DNA of 64,000 nt from Bacillota bacterium (GTDB lineage Bacteria > Bacillota > SHA-98 > Ch115), in NCBI GenBank assembly GCA_013178415.1, contig JABLXA010000005.1:71369-135368 (forward strand). The letters are read 5' to 3'. The notes below the pieces were generated by a model. The model made no database searches. It worked only from the letters and a program-made list of their open reading frames with translations, and was not told the origin of the DNA. Shown here one piece after another: positions 60,593-64,000 of this stretch. Positions within the stretch are counted from its first letter, which is position 1. Every line of letters starts with the position of its first letter. Made by a program: the position numbers and the translations under genes.

Positions 60593-61003
60593 TCACCTCG
60601 CAGGCCGTCGATCGGCGGCCAGGGCGATACGAGAAGCTCCAACGTCGCGGGCAGTGTCCATGACTGCTATGATATCCTCATACAATACCTGGCGGTCAGC
60701 GCGAATTATGACTGTCTCACCCGGGTCTCGTGAAACATGCTCCTTGATCTGATCCCTAAGCTCGGGAATGGTAGTCCTCCTGCCATTGAAATATAGACGC
60801 CCGGTCCGGTCTATGCTGACTATCATCTGACCTGCCCTATATGGCGCTGCAGTAACCGCTCTGGGAAGATTGATCTGCAGGCCCGTGGGAGCGGTCTTGA
60901 AACTGGTAAAAAGTATGAAGAAGACGATGAGAAAAGTCATGACATCCATCAACGGTATGAGATTAATGGCCGGCAGCCTGCGCTTGCTTCGTTGAAACCT
61001 CAA
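60593..61003 (-). CDS. exbD: ExbD/TolR biopolymer transport protein
   Basis: INLIPLMDV.TFLIVFF (conserved TM Asp), I.LP and IIRAD..V.Y..I..VMD....G motifs. Confidence 0.92.
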   Translation of the reverse strand: MRFQRSKRRLPAINLIPLMDVMTFLIVFFILFTSFKTAPTGLQINLPRAVTAAPYRAGQMIVSIDRTGRLYFNGRRTTIPELRDQIKEHVSRDPGETVIIRADRQVLYEDIIAVMDTARDVGASRIALAADRRPAR

Positions 61004-61625
61004 CAGGCCTCACCTCACCTGACAGGAGATTCACCAGTTCTGACGCAAAATCGCTCATGTCCCTCGCTCGTCGATCTATCATCCCGGAGATCCAGGTATG
61101 AAGAAGGACGGTCGGAGCTGCTATCATGAGACCGGCCGCTGTCGTTATCAAAGCTTCTGCGATCCCTGCGCTCAGGGCAGCAGGTTCAAGTAGATGAGCC
61201 TGAGTCGAAAGGACTTTGAATGAATCTATTATGCCAAGGACAGTTCCGAGGATTCCGAAGAGCGGGGCCACCGCGGCAATGGCTTCAAGCCACGACAGCC
61301 CGCGTTCCATCAAGTATATCTCCCTTTCTCCAGCGGAACGCAGCTGCTCCTCGATTTCTGATCTGGGTTTGCCATACATCATCAAGCCGGTGGTCATGAG
61401 AGCACCCATCTGGCCCCTGAACTGCTCGACTGCCGCTATTGCGTCACCGATCTTTCCATGCTCAAGGGCGATCGTCACTGCCCTCAGGGCACGATCTGGA
61501 TCTGATCTTGTGCGAATTAAGTAGTAGAGTCTTTCGAGAGTGATAGCAACGGCGAAAATAGAGCATAAAAGCAGCGGGACCATCATGGGTCCACCCATAA
61601 TCAAAATATCCACCATATTATACAT
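60963..61625 (-). CDS. exbB: MotA/TolQ/ExbB proton-channel protein
   Basis: GG.MM.PL..CS..A.AI..ER, APLFGILGTVLGII and GIAEALITTAAGL.IA.P motifs. Start uncertain (about 61616-61640). Confidence 0.92.
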   Translation of the reverse strand: MYNMVDILIMGGPMMVPLLLCSIFAVAITLERLYYLIRTRSDPDRALRAVTIALEHGKIGDAIAAVEQFRGQMGALMTTGLMMYGKPRSEIEEQLRSAGEREIYLMERGLSWLEAIAAVAPLFGILGTVLGIIDSFKVLSTQAHLLEPAALSAGIAEALITTAAGLMIAAPTVLLHTWISGMIDRRARDMSDFASELVNLLSGEVRPVEVSTKQAQAAGH

Positions 61626-61716
61626 AGCATGATGCCGCAAAGGTACATGCCCCCACCTGCATGGCGACAACCGGAGCCGAATGGGGCAGCGGCCTATCTC
61701 CCCCCTCATTGACTTT

Positions 61717-61743
61717 CTTCGACACCCTGTCCCAAGTTCCTGC
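61717..61743 (-). promoter_or_regulatory. Putative sigmaH-type promoter of the exbB operon
   Basis: Minus strand GCAGGA-N17-GAAG, with the same geometry as the ftsA, mraZ and thpR sites. Confidence 0.45.
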
Positions 61744-61779
61744 AAAAATACCAAGCTTAATAGCCAGTGGTAAACTTTT

Positions 61780-63123
61780 CTAATCTATGACCTCGCCTAT
61801 GAGGTCATAATCACTTGAGTCGATGATCTTCACTGTCCGGAAGGTGCCTGGAGCCAGGGTCGCATCGCCGATGAATATGGAGCCGTCGATTTCAGGAGCC
61901 TCTTTCTGGGAGCGCCCGCGAGACACAAGTTCACTTTCCTCGGACAAGCCTTCGATAAGAACCCTCGTCACCTCTCCGATCCTTTCCCTGAGCCTCTCCC
62001 GCGAGATTCTCTGCTGCAGGAGCATGGCCTGGTGATACCTGTCTTCCGCTACATCTTGAGGCACCTTACCCGGAAGGTTTTCGGCAGGACTCCCCTCCTC
62101 TTCAGAATAGACAAAAATGCCAACGCGGTCCAACCTCATGTCCTCCAGGAAATGAAGCAGATTGTCGAAAGCTTCCTTGATCTCCCCGGGAAACCCTACA
62201 ATGAAGGTACTTCTTATGCATACCCCTGGAATCTGCTCCCTCAGCCTCTGAATGAGTTCACGGGCATCTCGGCATGTATTGCGCCGTCCCATGAGCCTCA
62301 AAATGCCGTCATCCGCATGTTGCAAAGGCACATCAAAATATTTGCAGACCTTCGGCTCACTGGCTACCACTGAAATGAGCTCATCAGTTATGCGAGTTGG
62401 ATAGGTATAAAGAAATCTCACCCATTCCACACCATTGATGGAGGCGAGATCCCGCAAAAGCTCCGCCAGTGCCCACCGGCCATATAGGTCTTCGCCGTAA
62501 CGGGTAGTATCCTGAGCCACAAGCACTAATTCTTTGACTCCATTCGAGACGAGCCGTTGGGCTTCCATTACAATAGATTCGATGGCCCTGCTACGAAATC
62601 GTCCTCTTATGGAGGGAATGACACAATAAGAGCAGCGATTATCGCAGCCCTCAGCGATCTTGATGTAAGCAGTGTATGGAGGGGTCAACAAAAGACGCGG
62701 TGTCTCATGCCCATAAATATAACGAGGCTCGGGGATCTGGATGGGCTTCTCTACCCGGCCCTGCTCAAGGATCTCTCTTATGACGCGGACTATCGCCGGA
62801 ATCTGGTCCGGCCCTAGGAAAGCGTCCACCTCCGGCATCTCTTTCGCCAGCTCATCGGCATAACGCTGCGGCAGGCACCCGGTCATTATAAGGGCTTTGA
62901 GTTTTCCTGCATTTTTGAGCTCCGCGAGTTTTAATGTCTCGCCGATTGATTCCTCCTTCGCAGGCAAGATGAACCCGCAAGTATTGACTATAGCGATATC
63001 AGCCTCTTCTCCCTCCGGAACTATCTCAAATCCTGCCTCCTTGAGCATACCCAGCATTACCTCTGAATCAACCAGATTTTTGGCGCATCCGAGGGAGACG
63101 AGTCCGATTCTTACTGCGCTCAA
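61780..63123 (-). CDS. rimO: Ribosomal protein S12 methylthiotransferase
   Basis: SLGCAKNLVDSE, NTCGFI..AK.ES, TGCL.QRY and AEGCDNRCSYC; C-terminal TRAM-like APEIDG. Confidence 0.96.
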   Translation of the reverse strand: MSAVRIGLVSLGCAKNLVDSEVMLGMLKEAGFEIVPEGEEADIAIVNTCGFILPAKEESIGETLKLAELKNAGKLKALIMTGCLPQRYADELAKEMPEVDAFLGPDQIPAIVRVIREILEQGRVEKPIQIPEPRYIYGHETPRLLLTPPYTAYIKIAEGCDNRCSYCVIPSIRGRFRSRAIESIVMEAQRLVSNGVKELVLVAQDTTRYGEDLYGRWALAELLRDLASINGVEWVRFLYTYPTRITDELISVVASEPKVCKYFDVPLQHADDGILRLMGRRNTCRDARELIQRLREQIPGVCIRSTFIVGFPGEIKEAFDNLLHFLEDMRLDRVGIFVYSEEEGSPAENLPGKVPQDVAEDRYHQAMLLQQRISRERLRERIGEVTRVLIEGLSEESELVSRGRSQKEAPEIDGSIFIGDATLAPGTFRTVKIIDSSDYDLIGEVID

Positions 63124-64000
63124 AGGGTTCCAATCCTTCCAAGAATGGTGGCCCGGGCCGCGGTGGAGGCGATCCCGCGCGGGCGATCAAAGGTGACCCC
63201 ACAGCCGATCCCGGACCATGCAGCATCATCTTGAAACGCAATCCTTGCCCCGGGACCGGATATCACCGCAAGGGCTTGTTTCTTGATTTGGAAATGAAAT
63301 CTTGAGGTCGAGGCTATCTCTCCGTCCATATGGAGATATATCGGACGATCGGCTTCTATCATGACCTCGCTGGCCCTATAGATCTTCACCTTCGGCACTT
63401 TGACGTGGGTCCCAGTGAAGACCTTGGGAAGGGCGAAAAGCGTCTCCAATGATCTCATCTTTTCTATAACACACACCTCGAACATCCCGTCATCCATGAT
63501 GGCATCCGGCGTAATCTTCATACCGCCCCCATACGTAGGGGCATTGGTCACGGCAACCAGGAGGGATTCCAGGGATAACTCCTTATGATCAAGTTTGACT
63601 TTTATGCGGGGAGCCTTATATGTGAAAAGAACCCTTAGCAATGCAAGGACATAAACCACAGGGCCACGAAGGAGCGGAATGCTCTGGTTGGCCTGCCGCG
63701 CAACTGTGGCATCAAAGCCCACTCCAACAGAACTCACGAAAAATCGATCCAATACCCTTCCAACATCCAGGTGCGCTATGCGGCCTGTCATGAGCAGTTG
63801 GCACGCTTTTGCGGGGTCGCGCGGGATATCGAGGCCTATGGAGAAATCATTGCCTGTCCCACAAGGAATGACTCCAAGGATCACATTAGATCCAATGATG
63901 CCATTGGCCACTTCGTTGACTGTGCCGTCTCCCCCCGCTGCCACAACAACATCATAGCCAGATGATACAGCCTCAGAAGCAAGCCTGGTGGCATCGCCAG
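63120..64000 (-). CDS. YegS/DAG kinase family lipid kinase (5' part beyond window)
   Basis: GGDGTVNEV, P.GTGNDF, GVGFDA, YGGG and DG motifs. The frame stays open to the window end (GDATRLASEAVSSGYDVVV). Confidence 0.9.
   Translation of the reverse strand, partial: GDATRLASEAVSSGYDVVVAAGGDGTVNEVANGIIGSNVILGVIPCGTGNDFSIGLDIPRDPAKACQLLMTGRIAHLDVGRVLDRFFVSSVGVGFDATVARQANQSIPLLRGPVVYVLALLRVLFTYKAPRIKVKLDHKELSLESLLVAVTNAPTYGGGMKITPDAIMDDGMFEVCVIEKMRSLETLFALPKVFTGTHVKVPKVKIYRASEVMIEADRPIYLHMDGEIASTSRFHFQIKKQALAVISGPGARIAFQDDAAWSGIGCGVTFDRPRGIASTAARATILGRIGTL

Noticed and set aside
61602..61649. 15-codon hydrophobic ORF (MYLCGIMLCIIWWIF) overlapping the exbB start
   Set aside because: Too short to judge, and its SD-like tract can equally serve the exbB TTG/ATG start. 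It would need Ribo-seq.

Overview
This is a core-chromosome window from an endospore-forming Firmicute (Bacillota). It is probably a diderm lineage, inferred from an ExbB/ExbD/TonB motor and an SLH plus coiled-coil envelope tether. All genes but one lie on the minus strand. In transcription order (right to left) the blocks are: a partial DAG-kinase-family gene; rimO; a five-gene envelope operon (exbB-exbD-tonB-cohesin/Ig-domain protein-SLH/long coiled-coil protein); a lone plus-strand histidine phosphatase; rlmN-fhaA-fhaB-stp-[rodA::pbpA fusion]-pknB-rsgA-rpe; hypothetical-FtsH-like-cinA-metallophosphoesterase-thpR-recA-recX-rny-hypothetical-ymdB-spoVS-GNAT; the dcw cluster (mraZ to ftsZ, no murD); spoIIGA-sigE-sigG-spoIIR-ylmC-nrdR-orphan MFP-yggS-sepF-short ylmH; DUF5665-ylyA/yteA-lspA-lgt-rluD-plsY-pyrR-pyrB-pyrC-pyrK. 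Regulatory sites readable from the sequence include a PyrR attenuator, a LexA box inside the recA promoter, MraZ repeats, and sigF/G, sigE/K, sigH and Spo0A-type promoters. The best candidate for a new system is the ExbBD-TonB operon. It has no TonB-dependent receptor and instead ends in a cohesin protein and a Thermotoga Omp-alpha-like SLH coiled-coil rod, with gene order paralleling tolQRAB-pal. I saw no rRNA, tRNA, CRISPR array or mobile element. All calls come from motif recognition by eye; no searches were run.
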